Of a stretch of 64,000 nt of DNA, positions 9,842 through 19,210 are shown piece by piece. The stretch is from positions 226,814 through 290,813 of the forward strand of contig CAZVQU010000002.1 in the NCBI GenBank assembly GCA_964629655.1, in the 5' to 3' direction. The stretch's first letter is position 1, and each line of letters starts with the position of its first letter. The notes beneath the pieces were generated by a model. The model ran no database searches. It worked only from the letters and a program-made list of their open reading frames with translations, and was not told the origin of the DNA. This stretch comes from an uncultured Planctomycetia bacterium (lineage in GTDB: Bacteria > Omnitrophota > Gorgyraeia > Duberdicusellales > 4484-171). The position numbers and the translations under genes are program-made.

Positions 9842-10752
9842 TGTTTAAAGAGTTTTTCTGCTTTCTTTAATTCTTTTTTCTCATTTGCACTTATTTTCAT
9901 CTCGACAATCTTATCTGCGCCTTTGCGATTAATCAAGCAAGGAACTCCTAAGCAAACGTTATTCAACCCGTACTCACCCTGTAGGTATACTGATACCGGT
10001 ATAACTACATTAGCATCCTTTGCTATTGCCTCAATCAAAGAACAACAAGATAAAGCCGGAGCAAAATTAGCACTTCGGTTTTTCAAAAGTCCGACAATCT
10101 CTGCTCCTCTAAGTTGTGTCCTCTCTCGTATCTGGCCAGGGCTCACTTTTCTCGAAACTGCTGTGATGGACTTACCTTTAACCTTTATTCTTTGTAAAGG
10201 AATAATCATATCCTTACTATGCGGCCCATAAGCAAAGCCTTCCAAAGAAGATACTGGAGCCTTAGTCGTTTTATGAATAATATTAAGAAGACGGCTGGTA
10301 TCTAAAGATGAACCCATACCGATTACCCTTTGACGATTAAATTTTGTTTCCTTAGCTACTACATAAGTAATAAAATCCAAAGGATTAGTCACTACGATTA
10401 CTATTGCCGATGGTGCAAGTTTTTTTATTCTTTTAGATACATCTTTAGCTACTTCTGAATTAATCCTTAGAAGATCCAAGCGGGTCATACCTTTTTTGCG
10501 AGCTATGCCGGCAGTAAATATCACTATATCTGAATTACTAATAAGGGAGTAGTTTTTACCTGCTTTTACCTTGGTAGAAAAACCCAAGAACCCCCGGGTA
10601 TCTTCTAAATCCAAAGCAACCCCCTTGGCTAAATCCTCACAAATATCTATGAGAACAAGCTCTTTGGGTGCTAACCAAGCCAAAACATTAAAAGCTAGGG
10701 TTGAACCAACCCCGCCACTGCCAATTATCGAGATTTTTTTGATCTCTTTCAC
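9829..10752 (-). CDS. mdh: Malate dehydrogenase (LDH-like MDH family)
   Basis: ISIIGSGGVGSTLAF Rossmann motif and IVVTNPLD. The substrate-specificity position carries Arg (AGIARKKGMTRLDL), indicating malate rather than lactate. Confidence 0.7.
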   Translation of the reverse strand: MKEIKKISIIGSGGVGSTLAFNVLAWLAPKELVLIDICEDLAKGVALDLEDTRGFLGFSTKVKAGKNYSLISNSDIVIFTAGIARKKGMTRLDLLRINSEVAKDVSKRIKKLAPSAIVIVVTNPLDFITYVVAKETKFNRQRVIGMGSSLDTSRLLNIIHKTTKAPVSSLEGFAYGPHSKDMIIPLQRIKVKGKSITAVSRKVSPGQIRERTQLRGAEIVGLLKNRSANFAPALSCCSLIEAIAKDANVVIPVSVYLQGEYGLNNVCLGVPCLINRKGADKIVEMKISANEKKELKKAEKLFKQCMK

Positions 10753-11843
10753 TTTTTCAACTCTTTAATTCTTTTGATAATCGCTAAAGCAGTTTCTTTA
10801 GTGCCCACAGCAGCAGGATCATCTCGGGTAGGTTTTAAATCATAAGTCACAGATGAATTATCCCTAATTACGTCTTCAATAGCCTGCTCTAGAATTTCAG
10901 CTTGTTTTTTCTCGCCTAGATGTTTCAGCATAAGAGAAGCTGAAAGAATGGTAGCAATAGGATTTACTTTGTTCTTACCGGCATACTTAGGGGCACTTCC
11001 GTGAGTCGGTTCAAAGACAGCCATTGCATCACCAATGTTTGCTCCAGCCGCTAAACCTAACCCCCCTATTAGTCCTGCGCCTAAGTCTGAAATTATATCT
11101 CCATATAAGTTAGGCAAGACTAAAACATCAAAAAACTTTGGTCGCTTAGTTAGCTGCATTGCTAAATTATCAACAATAACGTCACTGGCCTCAACCTTTC
11201 CTTCATACTCCTTGGCTATTTCGTAGAAAGTATGCAAGAATAAGCCGTCAGTGTATTTCATTATATTTGCTTTATGTACACAGCTTACCTTTTTCCGGCC
11301 ATTCTTTATAGCATACTCAAAAGCAAACCGGGTAATTCTTTCAGAGGCAAATTTAGATATCGGTTTGATTGATAGAGCACTACCCTGGCGTATCTTTTTT
11401 TCAGAAATAGCATTCATATCCTCTATTAATTTATTGGTCTCAGGAGCATTCTCGGGAAATTCAATGCCAGCATAGAGATCTTCGGTATTTTCCCGCATTA
11501 TTATTATATCTACATCTTCATGAAAAGCCGTTAGTAAGCCAAAAGATTTAATCGGCCGCATACAGACATAAAGTTCAAGGAGCTGCCTTATAGCTACATT
11601 AACCGAACGAAATCCCTTACCTACCGGAGTAGTGATCGGGCCTTTTAAGGCTACCTTGTTTCTGCGAATTGCCTCAAGAGTCCCCTCAGGAAGAAGCTTT
11701 CCGCACTCTTTTAACGCAGACTCACCGGCATAGACTCTCTCCCACTCAATATCCACCCCTAAGGCTTCAATACACTTTATGGCAGCATCGGTAACTTCCG
11801 GGCCAATACCATCACCGGGAATTAAGGTTACTTTATAACTCAT
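10749..11843 (-). CDS. Beta-decarboxylating dehydrogenase of the isocitrate/homoisocitrate dehydrogenase type (IDH/IMDH superfamily)
   Basis: TLIPGDGIGPEV, LKGPITTPVGKGFRSVNVAIRQLLELYVCMRP and NLYGDIISDLGAGLIGGLGLAAGANIGD. These resemble NAD-IDH motifs more than LeuB. Confidence 0.7.
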   Translation of the reverse strand: MSYKVTLIPGDGIGPEVTDAAIKCIEALGVDIEWERVYAGESALKECGKLLPEGTLEAIRRNKVALKGPITTPVGKGFRSVNVAIRQLLELYVCMRPIKSFGLLTAFHEDVDIIIMRENTEDLYAGIEFPENAPETNKLIEDMNAISEKKIRQGSALSIKPISKFASERITRFAFEYAIKNGRKKVSCVHKANIMKYTDGLFLHTFYEIAKEYEGKVEASDVIVDNLAMQLTKRPKFFDVLVLPNLYGDIISDLGAGLIGGLGLAAGANIGDAMAVFEPTHGSAPKYAGKNKVNPIATILSASLMLKHLGEKKQAEILEQAIEDVIRDNSSVTYDLKPTRDDPAAVGTKETALAIIKRIKELKK

Positions 11844-11845
11844 AT

Positions 11846-12346
11846 CTACCCTACTTTAAATCCTTTGTGTTTCTTAAGATACTTTAGAATCCCTCCACGC
11901 TTAACTAACTCTTTTCGAAAACTGTCCCAGGGTTTAAATTCTATAACCTTGCTATTATTATTTTCAATTATTCCTTTATCAAAATTAATACTTATTGTAT
12001 CTGCTTCCTTCAAGGAAGAGGTATCAGCTTCAATCAAGGCTAAACCAATGTTAAAAGCATTGCGATAAAAAATACGGGCGAAACTCTTTGCCACCACACA
12101 AAGGACTCCGGCTTCTTTTATTACCCAGGGAGCTTGCTCCCGGGAAGAACCCATACCAAAGTTCTCTCCGGCAACAATTATTGATTTACCCGGTATCAAT
12201 TCCTCATAGAAGTTCGGCCGAATATCTTCAAAGAGATACTTAGAAAGCTCCTTCATGTCGGTAATCGAGAACTTATATCTTCCTGAGATTATCCAATCAG
12301 TATTAATGTTGTCGGTAAACTTGAATACCCTTCCCTTTAAAACCAT
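11846..12346 (-). CDS. leuD: 3-isopropylmalate/(homo)aconitate dehydratase small subunit (LeuD-like, short archaeal-type)
   Basis: 166 aa with [15 protein letters not shown] swivel-domain motif. Confidence 0.75.
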   Translation of the reverse strand: MVLKGRVFKFTDNINTDWIISGRYKFSITDMKELSKYLFEDIRPNFYEELIPGKSIIVAGENFGMGSSREQAPWVIKEAGVLCVVAKSFARIFYRNAFNIGLALIEADTSSLKEADTISINFDKGIIENNNSKVIEFKPWDSFRKELVKRGGILKYLKKHKGFKVG

Positions 12347-12348
12347 AA

Positions 12349-13398
12349 TTACAAACTCTCGAACTCGCTGATACTCTTAACCTTACTAATTGCTGTACTT
12401 TTTGTAATAATACCCTTCTTGTAAAGCATCTTTAATGATTTATCCATAGTATTCATGCCATGCTGTGCCCCCATCTGGAGCAAAGAAGGAATCTGGGCAA
12501 TATCATTCTCCCTAATTAAGTTTCTTATTCCGGGAGTTGACACCATGACCTCGGTGGCTAAAACTCTTCCTCTAACATCAGCCCGAGGAACAAGTACTTG
12601 AGAAATTACGCCTTGTAGACACTCAGCAAGCTGAACAGTAACCTGCCGTTGCTGATGCGGTGGAAAAACATCAATTATCCTCTGAATTGTTTGAGGAGCA
12701 TCGGGAGTATGCAAGGTAGCCAAAACTAAATGCCCAGTCTCAGCAGCAGTCAGGGTAGTAGCAATTGTGCTTAAATCACGCATCTCGCCTACAACAATAA
12801 CATCTGGGTCTTGACGGAGAACCCTCTTCAAAGCTTCGGGGAAAGAATGGGTATCTGTATATAATTCTCTTTGCTTTATAATACTCTTATTGCTAGTATA
12901 AATGAATTCGATCGGATCTTCAATACACACAATCATATCCTTACGTGATTCATTGATAAAGTTAATCATTGCAGCCAGAGTAGTGCTCTTGCCGGTTCCG
13001 GTAGGTCCGGTAACTAAGACTAATCCATTGGGCTTCTGAACAAAATCATAAACTACATCCGGTAATCCTAACTCATCAAGAGCCGGAATCTTCCGGGGGA
13101 CTCGTCTTAAGGCTGCTTCGGTATTGCCCTTCTGAAGGTGAATATTTACTCTAAACCTATCCATATCCTTGAGAGCGAAAGAAAAATCTAACTCTCTATC
13201 TCTCTCAAAAATAGTTTTCTGCTCATCATTTAGCATGCTATAGATTAAACTTCTTGTCTCCTGCTTAGTTAGGGCAGGCATGTCAGCCACTACGAGTTGA
13301 CCGTCGATTCGAAAAATCGGTGGGTTACCGACAGTGACGTGCAAATCACTCGCCCCCTTCTCTTCAGTCAATTTAAGCAAAGTGGTTACAGTAGCCAT
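12349..13398 (-). CDS. pilT: Type IV pilus retraction ATPase PilT
   Basis: N-terminus ASDLHVTVGNPPIFRIDG, Walker A GPTGTGKSTTLAAMI, RQDPDVIVVGEMRD, GHLVLATLHT. 349 aa. Confidence 0.85.
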   Translation of the reverse strand: MATVTTLLKLTEEKGASDLHVTVGNPPIFRIDGQLVVADMPALTKQETRSLIYSMLNDEQKTIFERDRELDFSFALKDMDRFRVNIHLQKGNTEAALRRVPRKIPALDELGLPDVVYDFVQKPNGLVLVTGPTGTGKSTTLAAMINFINESRKDMIVCIEDPIEFIYTSNKSIIKQRELYTDTHSFPEALKRVLRQDPDVIVVGEMRDLSTIATTLTAAETGHLVLATLHTPDAPQTIQRIIDVFPPHQQRQVTVQLAECLQGVISQVLVPRADVRGRVLATEVMVSTPGIRNLIRENDIAQIPSLLQMGAQHGMNTMDKSLKMLYKKGIITKSTAISKVKSISEFESL

Positions 13399-13442
13399 AG
13401 CATCTGCCTCCTTCCTATTATTATATATTTATTATATAAAAC

Positions 13443-14693
13443 TTACAAATACCTTCTCGGATCAGTAATCTTACCGTTAATCGCTGAAGCTATAACTGTT
13501 GCTGGTGAAGCTAGATAGATAAAACTCTTAGCATTCCCCATCCGCCCTTTAAAGTTTCTATTAGCTGTAGAAATTGTTACTTCCCCGTCTGCCGGAACAC
13601 CCTGATGAGTCCCAACACAAGGACCACACCCAACAGGCAATATAATTGCTCCCGCCTCTATGAATGTCTTTATTATACCCTTTTGTAATGCCTTTAAAAA
13701 AATATCACGAGAGGCTGGTGCCACCAATAGCTTAGTATCCTTACCTACCTTCCTTCCGGCTATAACCTTAGCACCAATTTCTAAGTCCTCTAGGCGTCCA
13801 TTGGTACAGGTACCCAAAAATGCTTGGTTAATTTTTGTCCCTTCAACTTCTTCTACCGAAAAACCATTATCTACGTTATGAGGTTTAGCCACTTGCGGAG
13901 ACAACTTAGAAATATCATATTCAATCATTCTCTCATAACTACAATTTTTATCAGGTTGAATTGGTTTGATTTTCTTTAGGCCTTGGTTTTGGAGAAAAGC
14001 CATGACTTTTGCATCAGGCGCAATCAACCCGCACTTTGCGCCAAACTCAATAGTCATATTGGTAATAGTGAACCTGGCATCTAAAGATAGCTTATTGATA
14101 ACTTCTCCGGAAAATTCTACTGACTTATAGGTGGCTCCATTAGCCCCTAAGTCACTAATTATATGCAGAATAACATCCTTGCTGTAGACTCCCTTAGGCA
14201 TCCTCCCCTTAATGATTATTTTTTGAGTCTCGGGAACCTTAAACCAATTCTTCCCGGTGGTAATGGCTACGGCTAAGTCAGTAGAACCAACTCCAAAAGC
14301 TGCAGCACCTAGGGCACCGGCAGTTGAAGTATGCGAGTCAGCCCCCAAAATGAGTGCGCCCGGGTAAGCGAATCTCTCCTCAATTACTAATTGATGTGAA
14401 ATGCCGCACCCAACGTCAAAGAATAAATTCTTATTTTTTTTCGAAAAGTGGCGCATGCCGGAATGAACTCTGGATACGCCAAGATTTGGAGAAGGGCTGC
14501 TGTGGTCAATAAACATCGCATACTTCTTGGGAACAAGAACTTTGCTCTTTGATTTATTGATACTGTCTAAAACTAAGGATGTAGTGCCATCCTGAGAAAA
14601 GCAAAAATCAACTTTGCATATCCCAACGTCTCCCGCTTTCAATGAAGAGTTCGAATGAGAAGAGAGTATCTTCTCAATTATCGTTTTAGCCAT
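13443..14693 (-). CDS. leuC: 3-isopropylmalate/(homo)aconitate dehydratase large subunit (LeuC-like, archaeal-type about 420 aa)
   Basis: Aconitase-family large subunit with Fe-S ligand region GTCTNGRLEDL and CGPCVG. 416 aa. Confidence 0.8.
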   Translation of the reverse strand: MAKTIIEKILSSHSNSSLKAGDVGICKVDFCFSQDGTTSLVLDSINKSKSKVLVPKKYAMFIDHSSPSPNLGVSRVHSGMRHFSKKNKNLFFDVGCGISHQLVIEERFAYPGALILGADSHTSTAGALGAAAFGVGSTDLAVAITTGKNWFKVPETQKIIIKGRMPKGVYSKDVILHIISDLGANGATYKSVEFSGEVINKLSLDARFTITNMTIEFGAKCGLIAPDAKVMAFLQNQGLKKIKPIQPDKNCSYERMIEYDISKLSPQVAKPHNVDNGFSVEEVEGTKINQAFLGTCTNGRLEDLEIGAKVIAGRKVGKDTKLLVAPASRDIFLKALQKGIIKTFIEAGAIILPVGCGPCVGTHQGVPADGEVTISTANRNFKGRMGNAKSFIYLASPATVIASAINGKITDPRRYL

Positions 14694-14696
14694 TTA

Positions 14697-15857
14697 TTAT
14701 TTCTTTAAAGTAGTTAGAAACTCTCCTACCCTTTGGACACCCTTAGCAATCTGCTCCAAAGAGGCTGAAAAACTGAATCTTAGATACCCCTCTCGGCCAA
14801 AAGGATCTGCTGGTATAGCAGAAGTCAGGAAGTTTTCCAATAGTCGGGTTGAAAAATCAAAAGAACCCAAGCCACTACCCCGAACATCACAGAATAAATA
14901 GAAAGTGCCTTGGGGTTTAACCGGTTTTAACTCTGGAAAATTTGAGAGACCTTCCCAGATAGCATCACGCCTGACTTGAAATTTATCTCTTATCTCGCCT
15001 TGCCAATCTTTATTACCCAAAGCAGCTAAAGCTGCGCTTTGCGATATAGAGCAAGCACAAGAGGTAGTATGATCAATTATCTTCGAAGTCTCATTAATTA
15101 TTCTTTCACCAGCCGCTAGATAGCCGATGCGCCAACCGGTCATCGAGAATGTTTTTGAAAAACCATTTATGGTTATGGTCGACTCAAAAGCTCCTGGCAA
15201 AGAAGCAAAACTTGTATGCTTACGGCCATCATAGGTTAAAACTTCATATATCTCATCACTAAGGACAAAAATCTTCTTCTTCTTAACTATTTCAAGAATT
15301 GCCTCCAATTCTTCCTGTGAATAAGTTATCCCGGTAGGGTTACTTGGGTAATTAAGAATTAGAAGTTTAGTTTTAGGGGTTATGGCTTTTTCTAACTCTG
15401 CTGGATCAATCTTGAAGCCATTAGATCTCTTGGTAGGTAAAACTACTGTTTTTGCCAAAGTAAGCTTAACCATCTCAGGATAGCTCACCCAATAAGGCGA
15501 AGGTATGATTACCTCATCGCCAGGCGCTAACAGGCTAAACATAGCTACAAAGATAGAGTACTTCGCGCCAGAGGTAACAATTATATTACTGGCAGAAGCC
15601 TTTATGCTGTTTTCTCGGTTCAGTTTAGCGGCTATTGCTTCTTTTAGTTCGACCCTTCCGGCAGAGGGGGTATACTTAGTAAGCCCCTTATCAATAGCAG
15701 TCTTAGCTTCTTCTTTTATAAACAGAGGGGTGTCGAAATCTGGCTCACCACCAGCGAAATTTACGACATCCTTACCTTCTCTTATTAATTTTTTAGTTAA
15801 GGCGGTTATCTTTAAAGTGGCTGATTTATTAAGCGAAGAAACCTGTGGATTTATCAT
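14697..15857 (-). CDS. Class I PLP-dependent aminotransferase (aspartate aminotransferase-like)
   Basis: PLP lysine motif FSKTFSMTGWRIGYLAA. 386 aa. Confidence 0.75.
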   Translation of the reverse strand: MINPQVSSLNKSATLKITALTKKLIREGKDVVNFAGGEPDFDTPLFIKEEAKTAIDKGLTKYTPSAGRVELKEAIAAKLNRENSIKASASNIIVTSGAKYSIFVAMFSLLAPGDEVIIPSPYWVSYPEMVKLTLAKTVVLPTKRSNGFKIDPAELEKAITPKTKLLILNYPSNPTGITYSQEELEAILEIVKKKKIFVLSDEIYEVLTYDGRKHTSFASLPGAFESTITINGFSKTFSMTGWRIGYLAAGERIINETSKIIDHTTSCACSISQSAALAALGNKDWQGEIRDKFQVRRDAIWEGLSNFPELKPVKPQGTFYLFCDVRGSGLGSFDFSTRLLENFLTSAIPADPFGREGYLRFSFSASLEQIAKGVQRVGEFLTTLKK

Positions 15858-15880
15858 AACCCCCTCCCCTTGATTAAATT

Positions 15881-15918
15881 TTAAGAAAAACGCTCTGTCT
15901 TCTCTTCTAGAGAGCGTC
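15881..15918 (-). terminator. Intrinsic terminator at the end of the ribosomal super-operon (stem acgctct/agagcgt followed by a U-run)
   Basis: Minus strand reads agagcgtctctagaagagaagacagagcgtTTTTCTTAAAATTT. The hairpin overlaps the rplQ stop codon. Confidence 0.5.
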
Positions 15919-16428
15919 TTTATCTTTTTTAAAGATCTTTCTTACACCGGAGGTAAAACCCTTTTTAGACTTTACTTCCTTCTTAAGAGGAACTTTCTTC
16001 TGATCCTCTGCCTTAAGAGCTTCTTTGGGTTCAGCCTCTTTTACTTTTTTCTTACGCGGCTTATCTATCTTAACAAGCCTTGTCAATTCGATAAGAGAAA
16101 GTGGAGCTCCATCGCCCTTGCGATTACTCACACGCAACGTACGAGTATACCCTCCGCTGATATCCCTAAAACGCGGTGCAATTTCATTAAAAAGCCTCTT
16201 TACCAACTTATGGTCTCCGAGGACTCGATACACAAGGCGCCTGTCGGATAAAGCCCCTTTCTTAGCCCAGGTAATCACTCTATCAACTTCACCTTTCAGA
16301 TACTTAGCTCGGGAAGTAGTTGTAGTTATCCTTTCGTTAATAATAATAGCCCTTAGCAACGACTTAACCAGAGCCTTTCTTTGGGCTCGTGAACGTGAGA
16401 ATTTTTCGCTCTTCTTCCTGTGTCTCAT
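15907..16428 (-). CDS. rplQ: 50S ribosomal protein L17 with a Lys/Glu-rich C-terminal extension of about 55 aa
   Basis: MRHRKKSEKFSRSRAQRKALVKSL N-terminus. 173 aa against about 120 typical. Confidence 0.9.
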   Translation of the reverse strand: MRHRKKSEKFSRSRAQRKALVKSLLRAIIINERITTTTSRAKYLKGEVDRVITWAKKGALSDRRLVYRVLGDHKLVKRLFNEIAPRFRDISGGYTRTLRVSNRKGDGAPLSLIELTRLVKIDKPRKKKVKEAEPKEALKAEDQKKVPLKKEVKSKKGFTSGVRKIFKKDKDAL

Positions 16429-17411
16429 ACTAAATTTAATTTATCTTTGTCTACTTTTGCTCCTAAAGAAAGTCCCATTGTCTTAAGCAGTGCTATAACC
16501 TCATTCAAAGATTTCTTACCAAAATTCCTATAGGATAGAATTTCTGGCTCTGTCTTCTCAACTAATTCAACCAAAGTTTTTATATTGGCTTCACGAAGAC
16601 AATTGTTGCTACGCACTGAAAGCTCTAATTCTGAAACCGGAAGCTTTAGCTTTTCATAGAACGAAGACTCTTCAGGAGTCAACTCCTCATATTCTTCTTC
16701 AGGAAGTTCACCCAAGGTGAAGAAAAGCTCCAAATGTTTATTCATCGCCTTGGCGGCATAAATCAAAGCCTCTTTAGGTTCAATGCTGGCATTAGTAAAA
16801 ATCTCCAAAATCAACTTATCGTAATCAGTTCTCTTGCCAACACGAGTATTTTCTACCTTAAAAGCCACACGTTTAACCGGAGTAAACACAGAATCAACCG
16901 GAATAACCCCTAAAGGCATGCCTTCGCGCTTATTAACATCAGCAGGAACAAATCCCCTGCCTCTGCCTACTTCCATCTCGATATTTAACTTTGCCTTTTT
17001 GGAAGTAATGGTAGCAATATGCAGGTCAGGATTTATTACCTCGATAGTCTCATCAGTTATAATATCCTTTGCCTTTATCTCTCCTTCGCCGCTACCCTTA
17101 ATTGTGATTTTTTTCGGCGAACGAGAATATGACCGTAAAACAAGATTCTTGATGTTAAGTATGATCTCAGGGACATCCTCTAGGATTCCTTCTATGGTTG
17201 AGAACTCATGGGAAACCCCGTCTATCTTAACCGAAGTTACTGCTGCGCCTTCAATAGAAGAAAGGAGAACCCTCCTTAAGCTATTACCTAAGGTCACCCC
17301 GTAGCCTCTCTCTAAGGGTTCAGCAATAATTCTACCATAGTTTGGGCTATACGAATCTTGCTCAACTGCTATTCGTTTAGGAAACTGAAAATCCCGCCAG
17401 GTTATCCCCAT
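16425..17411 (-). CDS. rpoA: DNA-directed RNA polymerase subunit alpha
   Basis: 328 aa, conserved NTD and CTD, positioned between rpsD and rplQ. Confidence 0.95.
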   Translation of the reverse strand: MGITWRDFQFPKRIAVEQDSYSPNYGRIIAEPLERGYGVTLGNSLRRVLLSSIEGAAVTSVKIDGVSHEFSTIEGILEDVPEIILNIKNLVLRSYSRSPKKITIKGSGEGEIKAKDIITDETIEVINPDLHIATITSKKAKLNIEMEVGRGRGFVPADVNKREGMPLGVIPVDSVFTPVKRVAFKVENTRVGKRTDYDKLILEIFTNASIEPKEALIYAAKAMNKHLELFFTLGELPEEEYEELTPEESSFYEKLKLPVSELELSVRSNNCLREANIKTLVELVEKTEPEILSYRNFGKKSLNEVIALLKTMGLSLGAKVDKDKLNLV

Positions 17412-17428
17412 CTTTTACCTCCTCAAAT

Positions 17429-18058
17429 TTATTTCGAATAAAGTTCTACGATTAATTGTTCATTAACCGGAATGACTAAATCTTCTTTTTCAGGAAGACG
17501 TAAAATTTTTACCTTAAGATTATTATTATCTACCTGTATCCAAGTAGGAACACTTCTTTCTTTTGAGTTTACTTCAATATTTCCTTTTAAATCTGCTTTT
17601 ATATTATCTTTTGCTCTTATCTCAATTGTTTGCCCTTCTTTAACTATATATGATGGTATATTTACTCTCTTCCCACCAATAAATACAAATCCATGTTGTA
17701 CTACTTGCCGAGCATGATTACGAGAGAAAGCGAAAAGAGTGCGATAAATAATATTATCCAATCGCCTCTCCAGGAATTGAATTAATACTCTCCCGGTAAC
17801 TCCCCGGGTCTTATGAGCAAGCATAAAAAATCTCTTAAACTGCTTCTCCAGCATCCCGTACATTCTCTTTACCTTCTGCTTCTCCTTTAACTGTAAGGCA
17901 TAAGTACTAGGCTTCGAACGTTTCATAACAGCACTTCCCGGAGGTGTGGGCCGTTTAGAAAACGAACACTTCTCAGTTATGCACCTCGAACCCTTTATGA
18001 ATAACTTTTCCCCGGCTCTGCGGCATAATCTACACTTTGCATCTGTATATCTTCCCAT
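17429..18058 (-). CDS. rpsD: 30S ribosomal protein S4 (zinc-finger type)
   Basis: MGRYTDAKCRLCRR...C..C N-terminus. The ORF-track start was trimmed to the ATG at 18058, directly after the rpsK stop. Confidence 0.9.
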   Translation of the reverse strand: MGRYTDAKCRLCRRAGEKLFIKGSRCITEKCSFSKRPTPPGSAVMKRSKPSTYALQLKEKQKVKRMYGMLEKQFKRFFMLAHKTRGVTGRVLIQFLERRLDNIIYRTLFAFSRNHARQVVQHGFVFIGGKRVNIPSYIVKEGQTIEIRAKDNIKADLKGNIEVNSKERSVPTWIQVDNNNLKVKILRLPEKEDLVIPVNEQLIVELYSK

Positions 18059-18059
18059 G

Positions 18060-18452
18060 CTATACTCTCCTCTTCTTCTTTGGCCTACATCCATTATGAG
18101 GTATAGGAGTAATGTCTTTTATTTTCTTCACGCTCAATCCTGCAGCTTGAAGAGATCTAATAGCTGACTCTCTTCCCGGACCAGGGCCTTTGACTAAAAC
18201 CTCCAACTCTCTTAAGCCCATCTCTCTAACCTGTTTCGCTGCATTAAAAGAAGCGATTTGTGCTGCGTAAGGAGTAGACTTCTTGGTACCCTTAAACCCT
18301 ACTGCTCCGGCTGAAGCCCAAGCTAAAACATTTCCTTTTAAGTCAGTAATAGATATTATTGTATTGTTAAAAGTCGCTTTGATATGGGCTACGCCGATGC
18401 TAGACGCTAACTGAATCTTCTTTTTTCTTTCTTTTCTCTTCTTTTTAGCCAT
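18060..18452 (-). CDS. rpsK: 30S ribosomal protein S11
   Basis: Conserved S11 sequence with [13 protein letters not shown], 130 aa. Confidence 0.95.
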   Translation of the reverse strand: MAKKKRKERKKKIQLASSIGVAHIKATFNNTIISITDLKGNVLAWASAGAVGFKGTKKSTPYAAQIASFNAAKQVREMGLRELEVLVKGPGPGRESAIRSLQAAGLSVKKIKDITPIPHNGCRPKKKRRV

Positions 18453-18466
18453 TATTACTCCTAATA

Positions 18467-18835
18467 TTACTTTTTAATTCCGCCTACTCTCGGCTTAGGG
18501 CCCTTACGAGTGCGGGCATTGCAACGAGTCCGCTGGCCTCGAACCGGAAGCCCCTTTTTGTGGCGTGACCCCCGATAGCTGCTTATATCGATTAATCTCC
18601 GTATGTTTTGAGAGATTTCGCGGCGTAATTCTCCCTCAGTCCGGTAATTGCTCTGAATGAACGAAGCGATCTGAGAAACCTCTTCCTCGTTCAAATCTGA
18701 TGCCTTTCTCTCAGGATCTATCCCAATATCATTAAGGATTTTAGCGGAATTTGACGGACCGATACCATAAATATACCTTAAGGCAATTTTTATCTTCTTA
18801 TTTTTAGGAATGTCTACACCGAAAATTCTTGGCAT
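18467..18835 (-). CDS. rpsM: 30S ribosomal protein S13
   Basis: [15 protein letters not shown]..., 122 aa. Confidence 0.95.
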   Translation of the reverse strand: MPRIFGVDIPKNKKIKIALRYIYGIGPSNSAKILNDIGIDPERKASDLNEEEVSQIASFIQSNYRTEGELRREISQNIRRLIDISSYRGSRHKKGLPVRGQRTRCNARTRKGPKPRVGGIKK

Positions 18836-18852
18836 TATAACACCTCTCTACT

Positions 18853-18966
18853 TTACCCTTGCCTCTGTTTGTGCTTAGGGTTTTTACAGATTACTCTCAC
18901 AACCCTCTTCCTCTTTATTATCTTGCACTTATCACAAATTCTTTTAACTGACGCTTTAACTTTCAT
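18853..18966 (-). CDS. rpmJ: 50S ribosomal protein L36 (37 aa, absent from ORF track)
   Basis: Hand translation of the minus strand gives [37 protein letters not shown], a canonical C-x2-C...C...H zinc ribbon. Confidence 0.85.
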   Translation of the reverse strand: MKVKASVKRICDKCKIIKRKRVVRVICKNPKHKQRQG

Positions 18967-18977
18967 TTCATCTACCT

Positions 18978-19196
18978 TTATTTCTCTCTATAAGTTATTC
19001 TTCCTCTTGTTAAATCATAAGGGGAAAGCTCAACCTTCACCTTATCCCCGGGAAGAATCCTAATAAAATGCATTCGCATCTTACCGGAAACGTGGGCAAG
19101 AACAACGTGATCATTTTCCAGCTTCACCCTAAACATCGCATTTGGTAAAGCTTCTATTATCTCACCCTCAGCCGCAATTAATTCTTCTTTTGCCAT
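18978..19196 (-). CDS. infA: Translation initiation factor IF-1
   Basis: 72-aa S1-like OB fold: [41 protein letters not shown]. Confidence 0.95.
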   Translation of the reverse strand: MAKEELIAAEGEIIEALPNAMFRVKLENDHVVLAHVSGKMRMHFIRILPGDKVKVELSPYDLTRGRITYREK

Positions 19197-19210
19197 ATTT
19201 ATCTTTATGC

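Noticed and set aside
10749-11843. Calling this gene leuB because of its LeuD-like and LeuC-like neighbours
   Set aside because: Its motifs (GPITTPVGKGFRSVNV, NLYGDIISD...GGLGL) are those of the isocitrate/homoisocitrate dehydrogenase branch, so only the superfamily and branch are called.
17429-18094. ORF-track N-terminal extensions (rpsD, rpsZ 24418..24483, rplC 30475..30498, rpoC 39059..39091, TPR 60509..60568, nadX start at 63948)
   Set aside because: The track appears to start ORFs at the first ATG/GTG/TTG after a stop. Conserved N-termini and abutting upstream stop codons place the real starts at internal ATGs. For nadX the labelled start is a TTG inside a frame that remains open to the window edge.
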